A DNA stretch of 59,411 bases, counting the filler, from Squatina squatina (Eukaryota): the NCBI GenBank assembly GCA_031763465.1. It is 3 parts of 3 records of this genome, joined end to end, with 100 filler letters (N's around TTAATTAATTAA, not from the genome) between each part and the next. Parts side by side here need not be neighbours in the genome. Positions count along the whole stretch, not along the records: positions 1 to 29,288 come from JARFOE010000001.1; positions 29,389 to 44,959 come from JARFOE010000005.1; 1 more part is not named here. One strand, given 5' to 3'. The notes under the pieces were generated by a model. It was not told the origin of the DNA and ran no database searches. It saw only the letters and a list, made by a program, of their open reading frames with translations. A program made the position numbers and the translations under genes. The stretch's first letter is position 1, and each line of letters starts with the position of its first letter. Shown in pieces: positions 26,939-40,271 of this stretch.

Positions 26939-29288
26939 AAAAGTATATGAATACACCCCATATAGAAATAACACTCCTCTATCTTCCAGGCATTTGTTGT
27001 ACTTGTGGATCATTACATACGCAGTCTGAAACTGAAAACAGTGAATTGTCAGCAATGTAGAACTGATCTTACCCAGCAGTTTCAATAAGTCATTTGGTTA
27101 CGGTTCCTACCCACATCCACCCGCTGTTTCAAGTTTATAATGATTTCATCCATTCTCTCCTCTGGTTTCAAATGCCTGTTTCACCCATAAATAACTTCCG
27201 ACCATTATTTTTTACTGCCTTTCCCTTTTCTGCACTTCAGTTGGGGGCCAGCGACCAGCTGCCATGGAGCCTTTATAGTGAAAGCTCTAGTAGTGGAAGA
27301 TTATTGAAAATTTGAATGTTTTTAAATTTCAGCAAACAGCTATGACAACAAAAGCATTGATATTCAGCCACTAAATGCCATTGTCCAATTGTCACTGTTA
27401 AGTATTATTCTTGATAAGGAGTAGCTTTCATCTTAACAAAGTACGTGAATGCTGCAATGAACAGAACTCCAGTTTTGGAAATCATAGATTATTATTTGTA
27501 AGCATTATGCTTTCAAAACACTTTTCATTAAACCTTAACATTAAAAATTAGAATAGAATCAGGAGGCGTAGGATTGAAATTGTAACATGTGATATTCGTA
27601 ACAAATATGTTGGCACATTTTATCAAATTCTTCAGCTATTTATTGAAAGCATTACCCATTAAAATAAAGAGGCTAATGCCTTCGTTGAAATGGGAAATAG
27701 AGGAATTTCATACAAATACATCAATGTGTTTGCTATTAATATTGTACAGTGCAATTTCAATCCATATGTAGCTGATTGTTGCACCCAAGCTGACCAGTTA
27801 TCCAAACTGTGACTGGTAGGTAACATGAAATAGTTGGTGGTAACAGATCATTCATCCAAACTCACCAGTGGGTTTGCAGTANNNNNNNNNNNNNNNNNNN
27901 NNNNNNNNNNNNNNNNNNNNNNNNNNNNNNNNNNNNNNNNNNNNNNNNNNNNNNNNNNNNNNNNNNNNNNNNNNNNNNNNNGTGAGTGACCCAGTAGTTT
28001 TACACTACAGCTGAAAGTAAAAGATTATTTTGAACCTTGGGGCAACTCCTGGCTTTTAATAACTCTTCGTTGACCACCGTGGCCTTCTTTCAAGTTAATG
28101 AACCTGGCATTCTAACCTTCCCATTCTTTGATCAGGGTGACAGCTGTAGAAGGTTAGAGGAAAAGTGAAGTCAGCCCTAGTCCTTGGTTCCAGCCAGGCA
28201 ATGGAATGATTTTTCATCCAGCACAGCAGTTATCGCCTTAAGATACAGGTGCAGACAATTAATAGCCACGGTCTCTGACAACAGGTAGCTGGGAGGCAAA
28301 TGGCTGAACTAGTGGACTGGAGTGAAGGAAATGTTTAAAAGAATGGTCAGATTCTGAAAATCCTGCCTTGGGCCAAAAGGGGAGTGTCTCTCCATATTTT
28401 TCTTTCAAGCACTGATTATTACCTACCCTTTTGCCATCCGTTGACGTGTAATTATACAGTACAATTGTTTGCATTTGGATTTTTTTCTCTTCCTCTCTCA
28501 TTTTCGTGAAAGGCTTCAACTAATGGCACAAACTTTAGATCCAGTGGAGCTGACCCCTTGCAAAAAATGATTTGATTGAATTTAGGCTGGGGTTTTAACA
28601 GGTGCCCTCTTATTCCATCACAAGAGTTAGCAGTTAGCTCCTAACAGGCTCAATGACTTTGAGAGTGGACAACAATAGTAAGAGCAGATATGTCTGAGTC
28701 CTCACTAAACCCAGCTCGTAAAATCAAAAGGTTAAAAATCAAAGAGACCTGCAACCATCTTATCACTTAAAAAAATCCTGAATCAATATTTGAGTGAAAA
28801 TGGCTATTTTCTTATTGTTTTAAGCAATATTTCTCAGTCCCAAGAACAGGTGCCTTCATAACATTAAATTATTAAATAAGCATTTATTGCAGTATGTTCA
28901 ACATGATAAGTCTCACTTGAGTAATATTGCACTTGTATTACTTCTGTTCTGCTACTGCATGATTTCACTTTAATTAACAGTTAAGCTTTTACACTGATTC
29001 TTTGTCAAATATTTAATATAGAGATCTGCATTTGACAGCCACTGGATGGGTCATTCAAATTATTGAGGTAGATGTACTACAATTGATACGTCAGCATCTT
29101 TCAGATCAGTAGGTTGACAGCTCTCTGCTTTACAGGGCTTCAATTTATTTGTCAAAAAGTGATATATATTTATAACATTAGTCATGAAATTTCATCTGCT
29201 GATATTTCCCTCAGCTGCAGTGAAGATTGTCAATGATTTAGAGAACAGCATGTGCTGGGGGAAAGAGAAATAATAACAAATTGTGGAA

Positions 29289-29388
29289 NNNNNNNNNNNN
29301 NNNNNNNNNNNNNNNNNNNNNNNNNNNNNNNNTTAATTAATTAANNNNNNNNNNNNNNNNNNNNNNNNNNNNNNNNNNNNNNNNNNNN
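29289..29388. other. Artificial scaffold-joining spacer
   Basis: Exactly 44 N + TTAATTAATTAA (29333-29344; stops in all six frames) + 44 N = 100 nt. Confidence 0.95.
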
Positions 29389-29394
29389 GGAGGT

Positions 29395-29740
29395 AAATTG
29401 GTTCATCATGTCTGTGCGGCTATTTGCTACAGCAGTCCAAAACTAATCCCACTGTGCTTTCCCTATCTTCCTCCATTTTAAATAATTAGCCAATTTTCCC
29501 TTAAAAGGTGTAACTGTCTCTGCATTCCATACTCCAACAACCAGTTGTATAAAAAAATTTCTCCTAATTTCTCTCCTCTCTCTCTTGGTTTGTTTAAATT
29601 GATGGCCCTTAACCACTGACTCCCCAACCAGTCTATCAAAACCCTACATCATTTTAACAACCTCTATCAAATCTCCTCTTAACCTTCTCTGCCCCGAGTG
29701 GAAATAATCCCAGTATCGTAAATCTCTCCTCATAACTCTA
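29395..29740 (-). mobile_element. Degenerate CR1-type LINE 3' region
   Basis: attttaacaacctctatcaaatctcctcttaaccttctc is the reverse of the conserved R-L-R-G-D-L-I-E-V motif, as also seen at 52470-52498. Confidence 0.65.
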
Positions 29741-29950
29741 ATTATTTCAGCTATCATACTTTACTTTATCTTTCAATTGAAACAAAGTGGTTTTGTACAT
29801 GGAGGCTTTTTGATGAGAAATGGGATTTATTGCAGTAACAGAAAATAGAGGCTAAATGAGTGCACAATTGTGACGTAGATGTTAATCTGATAATATTAGT
29901 ATTTATATATGCTCATCACAGGGGTGTGATCACAATTCTTTTCACCTTAG

Positions 29951-30118
29951 GGCCTTGTTTAGCAGGAACTTTCTGCCCATCTGGGAGCTCAAGGCCAACT
30001 GGGTGTCCCGCTGGTAGCTATAGCAACAGAAGTCATCAGTCAGAGTGTGATCTTTGTAGGCCTGGATATTATTGTGCAGCATACTCCACCTCATTTCTCC
30101 TGACACCTTGCTGGCCAG
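29951..30118 (+). CDS. Cys-rich repeat (GCC2/GCC3, ephrin-receptor-like) giant protein, exon A
   Basis: ccttag|...ccag|gtaatt, 168 nt, phase 1-1: GPCLAGTFCPSGSSRPTGCPAGSYSNRSHQSECDLCRPGYYCAAYSTSFLLTPCWPG. Confidence 0.9.
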
Positions 30119-30367
30119 GTAATTTCAGAGTTAAATGACTTTTAATGAGCAGCTACGGAGCCAATTATTACTCACCCGTATGATGTTTAAAATAAAAGCC
30201 TATTGTAAAATCTGTCTTCAATAATTTCCATTGTACTGATAGTACATTCTATAACCTGATGACTTTGTTATGTCAGTTCATGGTGACAATGCCTGTTGCT
30301 TACATGAAGGCCTTCAGCACTCGTATTGATTTGATAACAGGTTTGTCTGTTGGCTGGTTGATTTTAG

Positions 30368-30580
30368 GTTATTACTGCCCCAGAGGTACTATGCATCCTG
30401 CCCAATACCCATGCCCTCTTGGGACCTACAACAACAGAACAATGGCTCACAGTGTCTTGAACTGCNNNNNNNNNNNNNNNNNNNNNNNNNNNNNNNNNNN
30501 NNNNNNNNNNNNNNNNNNNNNNNNNNNNNNNNNNNNNNNNNNNNNNNNNNNNNNNNNNNNNNNNNGACCATGTTGGGCAG
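30368..30580 (+). CDS. Cys-rich repeat protein, exon B (interrupted by a gap; may be parts of two exons)
   Basis: ttttag|GYYCPRGTMHPAQYPCPLGTYNNRTMAHSVLNC-[N gap 30466-30565]-PCWAG|gtaata. Confidence 0.85.
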
Positions 30581-31144
30581 GTAATATTAAACTGAAGGTC
30601 ACGTATCACCATGAGCCTCAGTGATTTCTATTTTTTGGGATTCCCATGACTGCCAATGAATTACTGGTAAGTTAGCTGAAAATAAATTGCAGATCATTCT
30701 ACTTACCATTTCTAATCTTTCTATCAGATTTCAGCCAATGTCTCATGAGTAATGTGGTACCACTGAGTTGTAGTTGGTTTAACGTATAAAACACCTCGGC
30801 ATTTTGTATTCCTGTGACCTGCCAGAAGCAGTTATTTTCTGTTTCTAAAGACTCCTGCCCATTGTGTATGTGACTGAAGCAGACTTCAAAAAAAGAAAAA
30901 GCTGATTCTCCCTCTGAAAGCCAAGTGTAAACCTAACCACAGGTGAAAAGAGAATGTTTCAACAGTCCATGGGCTCAACCCACAAGAAGCAGCAGCCTTT
31001 GAAAATGCCTCATTCCCTCTCTCTGCTCTACTTTTTAAAGTTAGCCCATGTCAGGGTTCAGTGGACAACCAGAATGCTGAGACAATAATTTATACAATTC
31101 CATTCTTCGTTATCACGTTCCAATCACTATTCCCTTCTCTTTAG

Positions 31145-31324
31145 GATTTTACTGTCTTGAGGGATCTAAAACTCCAACACCCGTTGCAGCCGCCTTTGGC
31201 GACATTTGTACTTCTGGTCACTTCTGCCCCAATGCGACAGCCCTCCCTGTCCCATGTCCATCTGGAACATTTCGATCAACAACAAGGGGAACAAGTGAAG
31301 AAGACTGCACCCTGTGTCCTTCAG
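31145..31324 (+). CDS. Cys-rich repeat protein, exon C
   Basis: ctctttag|...tcag|gttagt, 180 nt, phase 1-1: GFYCLEGSKTPTPVAAAFGDICTSGHFCPNATALPVPCPSGTFRSTTRGTSEEDCTLCPSG. This frame is absent from the ORF track. Confidence 0.9.
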
Positions 31325-31589
31325 GTTAGTGTGCAATGAGCAGAATTTATTATTACTGTCATTTTAGTTCTTTTGGTGACATTGGAGCTGGTGTTTTCAG
31401 GCGACAGATTGTTTATTTGTCCTTATTAAATTCATTTGAATTTATTTTGCACTGGGTCAAAGTGAATAATAGAAATGTTTCTGTAAGGGGCAGTGGTTTC
31501 TGTATGTCAATGTCCCAAAAAGCCCGATATCTGAGATCCTATGTCAGAGCATGATGTTGTGTGATGGCTCTACCTGACTGTTTCTGTAG

Positions 31590-31697
31590 GTTACTACTGT
31601 AAGGAACCAGGCAAGGACCATGCCGGAGACTTTTGTGACCCAGGATTTTACTGTAAGAAGGGCGCAAAGACTGCAACCCCTCTTGATGGCATTACAG
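31590..31697 (+). CDS. Cys-rich repeat protein, exon D
   Basis: ttctgtag|...acag|gtgctg, 108 nt, phase 1-1: GYYCKEPGKDHAGDFCDPGFYCKKGAKTATPLDGITG. Confidence 0.9.
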
Positions 31698-31884
31698 GTG
31701 CTGCATTTAATTGTCAACTATTTTTATTTACCTATGTTGTATAAACAATAGGAGTAAATGTCGGTGTCTCTTGAACCAGTCTCACTGAAAGCTATGAAAT
31801 AGTGAAATGTCTACCAATGTAATATACTAATATAATAGTTCTTGGTTATGGTGTATTAATTCTGTCACTAGAATAATTGTCAAA

Positions 31885-31996
31885 AGAAAGAAAGACTTGC
31901 ACTTATATAGCACATTTCACGACCACTGGATGTTTCAAAGTGCTGTTCAGCCAATGAAGTACTTTTGAAGTGTATTAACTGTTGTAATGTAGGAAA
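31885..31996 (-). mobile_element. SINE 3' tail fragment (DeuSINE-like)
   Basis: aagaaagacttgcacttatatagcac...tcaaagtgct...cagccaatgaagtacttttgaagtg closely resembles 48671-48780. Confidence 0.75.
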
Positions 31997-32529
31997 GCAT
32001 CAACATATCCATATTGTCTATATTTGGCAATGGAATGGCTGAAAATAACTACCAGTCCTGTTGGAAATGATCTTGACACCATTACGTTGGCAGCAGAGTC
32101 CATATTACATTACTGGGATGTACTGACCAGCTAAATAGCAAATTAAAACATGGTTGTATTAATATTTAACAGGAATCTTTATAAACCCCTCCATTTAAAA
32201 TCCATTTCAATTGCCCATTTTGCTTTTAACTTCATGATTGCAGCAATATTTTTCCAATCCGTTGGAGTAAAACNNNNNNNNNNNNNNNNNNNNNNNNNNN
32301 NNNNNNNNNNNNNNNNNNNNNNNNNNNNNNNNNNNNNNNNNNNNNNNNNNNNNNNNNNNNNNNNNNNNNNNNNTCTAGTTCAAAATAATTCACAAGATTG
32401 CAAAATCTGTTTGCGCTAAACATACTTTTTAATGATGGCTGGTGAAAGCCTCTGCTTAACAAATCATCTGGTAAGCTAAAGTTGTTTTTTATTTGAATGT
32501 GATATATACTGATGGTTGTCTTTTCTTAG

Positions 32530-32691
32530 GATTCTTCTGCGAAGGCTTTGGGCTGCTTCAGCCTACAGGTGTCTGTTTATCTGGTTACTACTGCCCAGGA
32601 GGCCAGAGCTCTCCCACCCCAGCAAACCTCTTATGTCCTGCTGGGTCCAGGTGTCCAGCAGGAAGCCCCGGTCCTGACCCTTGTCCAAGAG
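32530..32691 (+). CDS. Cys-rich repeat protein, exon E
   Basis: ttcttag|...agag|gtaaag, 162 nt, phase 1-1: GFFCEGFGLLQPTGVCLSGYYCPGGQSSPTPANLLCPAGSRCPAGSPGPDPCPRG. Confidence 0.9.
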
Positions 32692-33519
32692 GTAAAGTGC
32701 TTCCATTAAAAAACCTATTCAGTAATGTAATAATTGAGTATTTTACAAAGCTTCTAATTTACTTTCCAACTTCAGCATTCGCTCTTCTGAGTTATCATTG
32801 CCACCCCTTCTACCTCTTTCTCCATCCTGCTTCGTCTGGTAGATGGAGTTAGCTTTGTCTTTAATCATGACTTGCTGGCAGAAGATGACAGATTGTGTCT
32901 AATTTCACTCTCCCCGAATGAGATATCCAGTGTATTTCATCTGGAGATGGCCAAACACAACTTATTAGATCCAAGCCATCAATCAATCTTTCTCTTTCAT
33001 CAATGGAGTCATAAGGAAGATTTTCCTGGTCCTGTACCTGGATATACTGGGTTGTCTGAGTGCAGTGAATATTGGGAAATTGGGTAGGTTGGAGCACATA
33101 TCCATAAGGAAGCCCACCTATTTTTTTTGTTCATTAGTTTAAATGGATGGAAAATGTGGTGGGCTCCCTGATGTGTGCACACTCATGAAGGTCCTGTATT
33201 AACTGCATAATATGATATAGTACAACTCGGCACTGGACCAGGAAAATCTCCCCTCTTGACTTGTGCCTAAGTTGGAGAGCAGTTATATTGTCAAAACAGA
33301 GGTACTGCTCTCATAAGATATTTGTAGAGTAAGTAGAGAGCTTTGCAGGCACAGTTCAGGTACTCTTCTAAAGACTGCACTGTAGATCAACCAATTTGAA
33401 TGCTGCACTATGCTCACCCTGCAGGAACTCTTTCATCTGTACAATGCTAATTTTTAGGAATATTATTTTCAGATTTGAGTTTTAATAAAAACTAAGATCC
33501 ATATGATAAGTATTGAGAA

Positions 33520-34100
33520 GAAAAGCAAAAATGGGTATGTGTCGCGCCTATTTTCCAGGAGTGAAATGGGCGCAAGGCATACCAATTTAGCAGTGGGTCA
33601 GTCTGCGCTGATGCCTGAAACAGGCCTTCAGATTCTTAAATGTGTAAATTGGGGTCGAACACCTGTTGAAGGACCTCATCCAGAAAGTTACTGGTGGTGA
33701 GCGAAGCAGGCTTCGGGCCTGCCGCACTCTGGATTATTTAGTGGCTGTCAACAAAATGTAAGTTCAATTTTTGTCTTTAAAAAAATGTTCCTGTGGGGTC
33801 AGGAGGAGCAGGAGTGCTTATCCGAATCCACAGGAATTGCAATTGGTCCCCCTTCCCGTAACCTGACCCCCGGGAATTACCCAAGGGCCACTGCTGGCAA
33901 GGCAAGCGGCCCGACATTGATCTCTTCGCTCGGGTGTGGAGGGGTGAACAGCACCAGCAGCTTATGCCGAGTCTGCTGATGAGGCCTAATGACCTATTTT
34001 CATCGCATATCGGGCCTCTCAGTTGCGATGAGTGCGAGCCAAGTAGCACCGGATCTGGGCCCAAAAATGGGCCTCGACCAAAATCTACTTCGGGTCCATA
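33520..34100. mobile_element. GC-rich non-autonomous DNA element
   Basis: CpG-rich island in an AT-rich intron carrying the ggggtcaggaggagcaggagtgct motif shared with 2206-2230 (reverse), 34873-34890 and 49715-49740. Confidence 0.45.
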
Positions 34101-34564
34101 CTGACGATTGGCTCTGAAAGGTACAGCAGACTGTTGCAAACTTTTGTGAAGGTTTCCACTCCCCATTTTGCTGTTTCAGCTGGAAGTTTGTATGCGTGGA
34201 TCTTTGGCATAGCTGCCTGGACAACTCAACCATCCTCCGAGACCAAATGAAAGGAGCTCCAGTGTTTGTGGAACAAATTGATTTAATCTTGGGAGCTGAA
34301 GGTGAACCAATAGATTGGTTCTTTGTGGATGAAGTGATTATCACTAACACAAATATAAAGGGTGAGTAATCATCAATGGCCCCAAGGATTGATATAAGTG
34401 AGCAAGCATTAGCCATAAAATAAGGCACAGGCATGATGGGCCGAATGGTCTCCTTCTGTGCTGTATCATTCTGAAATCAAGGTGCCCATGGAGAACATTT
34501 GTAAAAAGTTACTTAAGTTTGTATTTAAATGATTTCTCTAAAGTTAGTGGAGAATGGGGGTGGG

Positions 34565-35159
34565 GGGTGGATTTTAGATTCCCCATGATGGGCAAGAGTG
34601 GATTGGGGTGGGCGGTTAAAGTGGTAAAAATATGAAATCCAAATCCAATCAACTTCCGGTTTAACCGCAGCAGGTTTAGCTGTAAGTAACCCGTTCAGGA
34701 GAGGCAGGTCAATGATTATACTATTTAAATCAGGCTCCATTCCTCAGATTTTGGGAACCATTTGAATTTAACAGCTGCGGGCTGGGTTTCTGAGGGCTTG
34801 GGAAACTCGGGAGCTGAAGGGAGGCAGGAGCTGCCAAATCCAGCAGGTCAATACATTTCCAGCACTGCTTGTGGGCCAGGAGGAGCCAGCCCCTCAAACA
34901 AATCTTCTGCTGCGATCTCTTCCTCCCATCCGACTGTCCCGCAATCTTCAGACGCCACACATGATCTGCCCCCTCCCTGTGATCTACCCTCTGCGATCTC
35001 CCCCGGTGATTTCTCCCCCAACGATTTCACCCCCCTGCTATCTCTCCCTCCCTCCCTCCTTGCTGCCATGCCTGAGCACCCCCCCCCCCAACCCCCGACC
35101 CGTCCTACCAATCCTTGATCTTCTCTGAATGCTGTGGACCATCCCCAGCAGGCCCCTGG
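34565..35159. mobile_element. GC-rich non-autonomous DNA element (MITE-like) with a C-rich low-complexity interior
   Basis: Begins ggggtggatttt (reverse of the aaaatccacccc terminus at 21319-21330) and resembles 2200-2530 in reverse orientation. Confidence 0.5.
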
Positions 35160-36127
35160 NNNNNNNNNNNNNNNNNNNNNNNNNNNNNNNNNNNNNNNNN
35201 NNNNNNNNNNNNNNNNNNNNNNNNNNNNNNNNNNNNNNNNNNNNNNNNNNNNNNNNNNNCACTGCAAAATATCCCACATCCAAGAAGGAGAACAATGGTG
35301 CATCAACATGAATAAAAATATTTTAATTTACATTTAATAACTACAGATGGCAGTCCATATGGGATAGATGTTCTTGCTAATCTTTCAGATATTGTTGTTC
35401 CTCTATCCTGGGAGCAAAAATAACCTGTTGTATCACTGCGTGAGGCTATTTTCATCTTGATGTCACCGAGAATTCGAGTGAGCCAACGCAGTATATGCCA
35501 GAAATTCAGTACACTAACACCATTAATATTTAATTGCCAAGAACAGTATCAGTGCCATAAAATAGGATTGTGTTGGTGTGGGTTGTGACATACTTTTTAA
35601 AAAATACAGCCAGTGCTTATTCTTTTTCAAGGTGAAAATTCTAAAAGAAGCCTTCCTGATAGTTCAGTGAGTTTATCCAAGTGAGTAGCTGAAACGTAAA
35701 GACCAGGATGATCCCAGGTTAGTGTTAGTACCCCAGGGTGAGGGAGGGTAGAATCACTCAAGCTTCCCACTTCCGATTACAATCCAACAATGTTGCTGGA
35801 AGAGGACAGGCGTACATATCAGCTAAGGACAGGACTACACTTGGACATGATTCTCCCAATTTCCCTTCCCCACGTTATGGTTGCACAACCTACCAACGCT
35901 GGCACACAAATAATGTCCCCCCCTCGTGTCCAAGACACCAGAGGACGAAGATACCATGGGACCATGCGCCAGTAGGGAGTAAAATAATATTAAAAAGAAG
36001 AAAGTTGTAAGTTTATCGAGGGGAAATTCAAAATTTTGAGATAGAAAAGCAGTAATATGAAGAAACCACTGAAAATAAACAATCCTGAAGAAAATTGAGA
36101 AGAATTTAGATACTATCTTATTCGCAG

Positions 36128-36292
36128 GAGTGAACATTCCTAATCCTGGCCCAACGCAGCTCTTCTTGGGAACAGGTGGAAAGTGTGGTGTTGGACAACA
36201 GTGTCCTTTAGGGTCCGTTCAACCACAACCATGTCCATCAGGAACCTATGCTGAAGAAGAGGGGCTGGAGTATTGTAGAATGTGCCCTGCAG
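36128..36292 (+). CDS. Cys-rich repeat protein, exon F
   Basis: ttcgcag|...gcag|gtaaaa, 165 nt, phase 1-1: GVNIPNPGPTQLFLGTGGKCGVGQQCPLGSVQPQPCPSGTYAEEEGLEYCRMCPAG. Confidence 0.88.
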
Positions 36293-36993
36293 GTAAAACA
36301 TTCCTGATTGTTCAGCTACTTTGAGCTGTTATCCATGTAGAAATTCTGAAATAAATAGTAATGTTGTTCATAAAGACATTTTCCTCATGAAAATGCTTTA
36401 TCTTTCTTTGTTGCCCTGAACATACAAGAGGATGCCCCCACTTCCTATTCCCCTATAATTGATCCTTTGGGAAGTGTTGACATCTGCACCAACTTCCACA
36501 TCTATCTGTTGAACGAACCTAATTCGAGTATTTACGTTGGTTCCTTCAGCCCCTTGCGGACAGAGCATTGATGTTTAATATGTCATTTACATTTTTGTTG
36601 TGATTCTGTCTTCATGTGACACTCATTATTGTTACAGTAATGTGTTATTTTTGCAGCATTCAGTCTTATCAATTGATCTTAAAGGAGCTGCATTCTGCTG
36701 GAAAACATGACTCATTGGGTGTGTCTGAAATGATTTAACGTTGTCTAAACATTTGGAACTGCAATCTTAAAACACCCAGATTGTGCAAGTGGTATGAACT
36801 CGCCTCGCAAATGTGTCCAGTGACATCATTTCACTCTAACATCTGGTATGTGTGCATTTGAAAAGCATTTCTATCCAGAAAGTCAGAAATATGTTTGAAA
36901 ATGTGCCGCATTCACAGTGGTTAAATTTGGATGAAATGGATAGGACGATTTAGAAACTCTTGGTGTCTCCAGCACATGACTGTAATTTGAGAG

Positions 36994-37275
36994 CATAACA
37001 ACATAAGAAACTGGAGCTGGAGCAGGCCATTCGACCCCTCAAGCCTGCGCCAACATTCAATAAGATCATGGCTGAACTTCTACCTCAACTCCAGAGGGCT
37101 GTGGATGCTGAATCGTTGAATATATTCAAGGCTGAGATCGATAGATTTTTGGACTCTAGGGGAATCCAGGGATATGGAGATCAGGCGGGAAAGTGGAGTT
37201 GAGGTCGAAGATCAGCCGTGATCTCATTGAGGGGCCATCTGGCGTACTCCTGCTCCTAATTTTTATGTTCTTATG
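36994..37275. mobile_element. Two CR1-type LINE 3' ends in inverted orientation
   Basis: 37000-37092 (acataagaa..ggagcaggccattc..gatcatggctgaacttctacctcaactcca) is the reverse complement of 37193-37275 (tggagttgaggtcgaagatcagccgtgatc..ctcctgctcctaatttttatgttcttatg). Confidence 0.75.
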
Positions 37276-39876
37276 GGCCAACAGCACAAAACTGGCACTA
37301 ACTGGCCATATCATTCAAACAGATGGTTGGTGTGGGGAATGGAAAAGGTGTTACATGGTAGGGGATGTTCTTATTGAGACTGAGGCTGAGGCCTATTGTT
37401 GGGGAAGAACATACAGGGTTTTAGCCTGCTGATTAGACACGGCTGAAATGAAAAATGTTCTATTTCCCCCCGCACTAAAATCCCCCGCCTTGATGGACAG
37501 AAAACAAAGGGAGAAGCAAAGGGTGGTAAATTCAAAACTAAGCTGCAGAAATATTATTTCTATGGAACAGACTCTCTCGGGAGACCACGGAAGCAGATAG
37601 TACTGATTCATTCTAATTCAAATTAGATTTCTTTCAGGAAATAATATTTTGGGATTCAGTAAATGAGCAATTGAAAACGTGACATGTGGTAAGTGTAGCG
37701 TGCTTGGAAGAAACAGATGACCTTTGAACCCATGGTTCCCAAAGCTCTCCACCATTGGTGTTTTTATCGCCTCATGTCTGGATGTTATCGACTGATAGAG
37801 ATGGATTGCCGTGATTAGTTAACAGCTCCATTTTTGTTGTATCGTGTGACTACCAGGATGGTAGAAGGTGGACCAGATGAGACTTGATCTTTTCTCGTCT
37901 CGCAATCCCTATATTTCTATAAATGCAAAAGTCAAATTATAATTCAATGACAAACAGCTCTGAAATGTATATAAATTATAAAATCACAAGATCAATACAC
38001 ATGACAGAGGCCATGCTGAATAATAGCAAGCAGCAAAACACAAGCGATGCAAGACTGACTGCTTTACTTATTTTAATTTATAAAACAATCCCAATTCAAG
38101 AGGAAAAATCACAATAGGACACGTAGTTTCATGCCTGCCTGCGAGCTGTTTCACACTTCACATCTAACGACTGCTGTGCACCCATCTCAAAGCACTGAAG
38201 CTTGACAACTGTTCATTTATTAAGATGAAATGAGCATTCATTTTATAGATAACACCATGATCCTTGTTTGGATGTTGTAGAATAATACAGTGGAACATCT
38301 ACCAGTTTCTAACGACAATGTGGGAATTCAATGCGATAGAAGAACTTTGAATGATGCACTAGAAACATCAGGTGTAACATCACATGGAAAGTTTACGGTG
38401 TTCTTCACTGTAGCTTGACCTGCAGCCAATCAGGCTGTTTATAANNNNNNNNNNNNNNNNNNNNNNNNNNNNNNNNNNNNNNNNNNNNNNNNNNNNNNNN
38501 NNNNNNNNNNNNNNNNNNNNNNNNNNNNNNNNNNNNNNNNNNNNAGCAATTTTTGTTTGTATTCTAGATTCCAGCATCCGCAGTATTTCGCTTTTGTCGG
38601 CAATTTTATGATGTGAATGGCCGCACAAGACTTGTTATTGTTTGTTTTTGGGATATGGGCAAGGCCACGTTTATTACCGACCTCCAGTGGACCAGCTGAT
38701 GGCATCAAATATAGAAAGTTTTTTTTTTCTGCACCCTCATCAGTCCCCTCGCTCCTCATTGCCCAGTGATCAATTCTTATCGCTTAAGGCACCTCTGGAC
38801 CTGAGCGTTAGATTACAGCTTAACTGAGGCAAAAGGTCCATTGTCAATGATGAACTTGTACTGCCTTTCAGTTCCTCCTGCTCCAAATTACCGCGTTTAG
38901 TGGAGTCATGAGCAAACTGATGCCATGGGAGGGTGGAGTTGGGGGATGGCGGTCAGAGGCCCAAGGAAACCTGAAATAACTTTCAAACTTACCTCTGGGC
39001 CTTGTGTGGGCACCGATTGGCTCCCGGCAGGGATTATCCGCTTCCTGCCTGCAGGAAGAGCAGGTTAATAACGGGACATGGTGGAGTTAGCTAACTGGCA
39101 TTAATTTAAAGGCCAGCTGAGTGCAGTTAAAGTCGGGGCCATTTAATGCTTTTTTCAAATAATTCATCTCTGATCAATACCATGGGAGATCAATGACTAC
39201 ATATAAATAGTTTCAACTAACATTTAAAATCCACTACTTCTGCTCATCCTGTCTTCCTTTGCTGCTTAACTACATTGCAGTAAAGCAACATCCTTTGCGT
39301 GGGTCAGGTGACTGTTTCCTCCTCATGGTAAATTGGAATAATTTCAGCTAAGTTACTGCAGTAATTTGAGTTTCACTCCAGAAGAATATTCATTGTGAAT
39401 GGTCCCATCGTTAACTGCATGGGACCACTGCCAGAGAACTGTCTGAAGAGACAGTCCAAATATCTGGCCCTCGATTACTGTGAAGTACTGGGACTTGGGG
39501 CAGACTGAATCACAATGCATAGCTACAAGAGTGCAAAGCCTAATTTATCATGCTCAAGTTTAAATCTGGCGGCACGTTTCCAGATGAGCATTTAACAGCT
39601 CCGGGCTGCTGACTCCTGACGTGTGAAGATTTACAATTTGACAAGAGAGTTCTCTTTCCTAAATACTCTAACCAAATGATGTTCTGGTTCTGTTAGCTCG
39701 ATGATCTCCTTCCGTAACACATTCCACTTGCCCTACTTCATTTCCCAGAACCAGATCCAGCGCTTCCTTCCTTGTTGGACTGGAGACATAATGATCAATA
39801 AAGTTCTCCTGTGCCCAAACCAGAAATTCTTGTCTTTCCCCATCCTTCGCTCTATGCTTTTCCCCAGTCTATATTC

Positions 39877-40271
39877 CAAGGGAATACTTAATGTTGACTT
39901 GAGAGCCAAAGGAGTACTTAAACATGGATACTGGAACCAAGGGAGTACTTAACGTTGACACTGGAGCTAAGGGAATATTTAATGTTGACACTGGAGCCAA
40001 GGAAGTGTTTAATGTTGACACTAAAGGAGTGTTTATTGTTGACACTGGAGCTAAGGGGGTGCTTAATGTTAACACTGGAGCCAAAGTGGTGTTTAAGGTT
40101 GACACTGAAGCCATGGGAGTGATTGATGTTGACACTGAAGCCACGAGAGTGATTGATGTTGATATCTGAGCCATGGGAGTGATTGATGTTGATATTTGAG
40201 CCACGAGAGTGATTGATGTTGATATCTGAGCCATGGGAGTGATTGATGTTGATATTTGAGCCATGAGAGTG
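39877..40271. repeat. 30-bp minisatellite (intronic)
   Basis: About 13 tandem units such as ccatgggagtgattgatgttgatatttgag, running into a gap. Confidence 0.92.

Noticed and set aside
25930-27060. 376-aa ORF and other long X-filled ORFs (also 57675-58482)
   Set aside because: Their length comes from reading through N runs; only the short CR1 piece and the IVNS1ABP exon are real.
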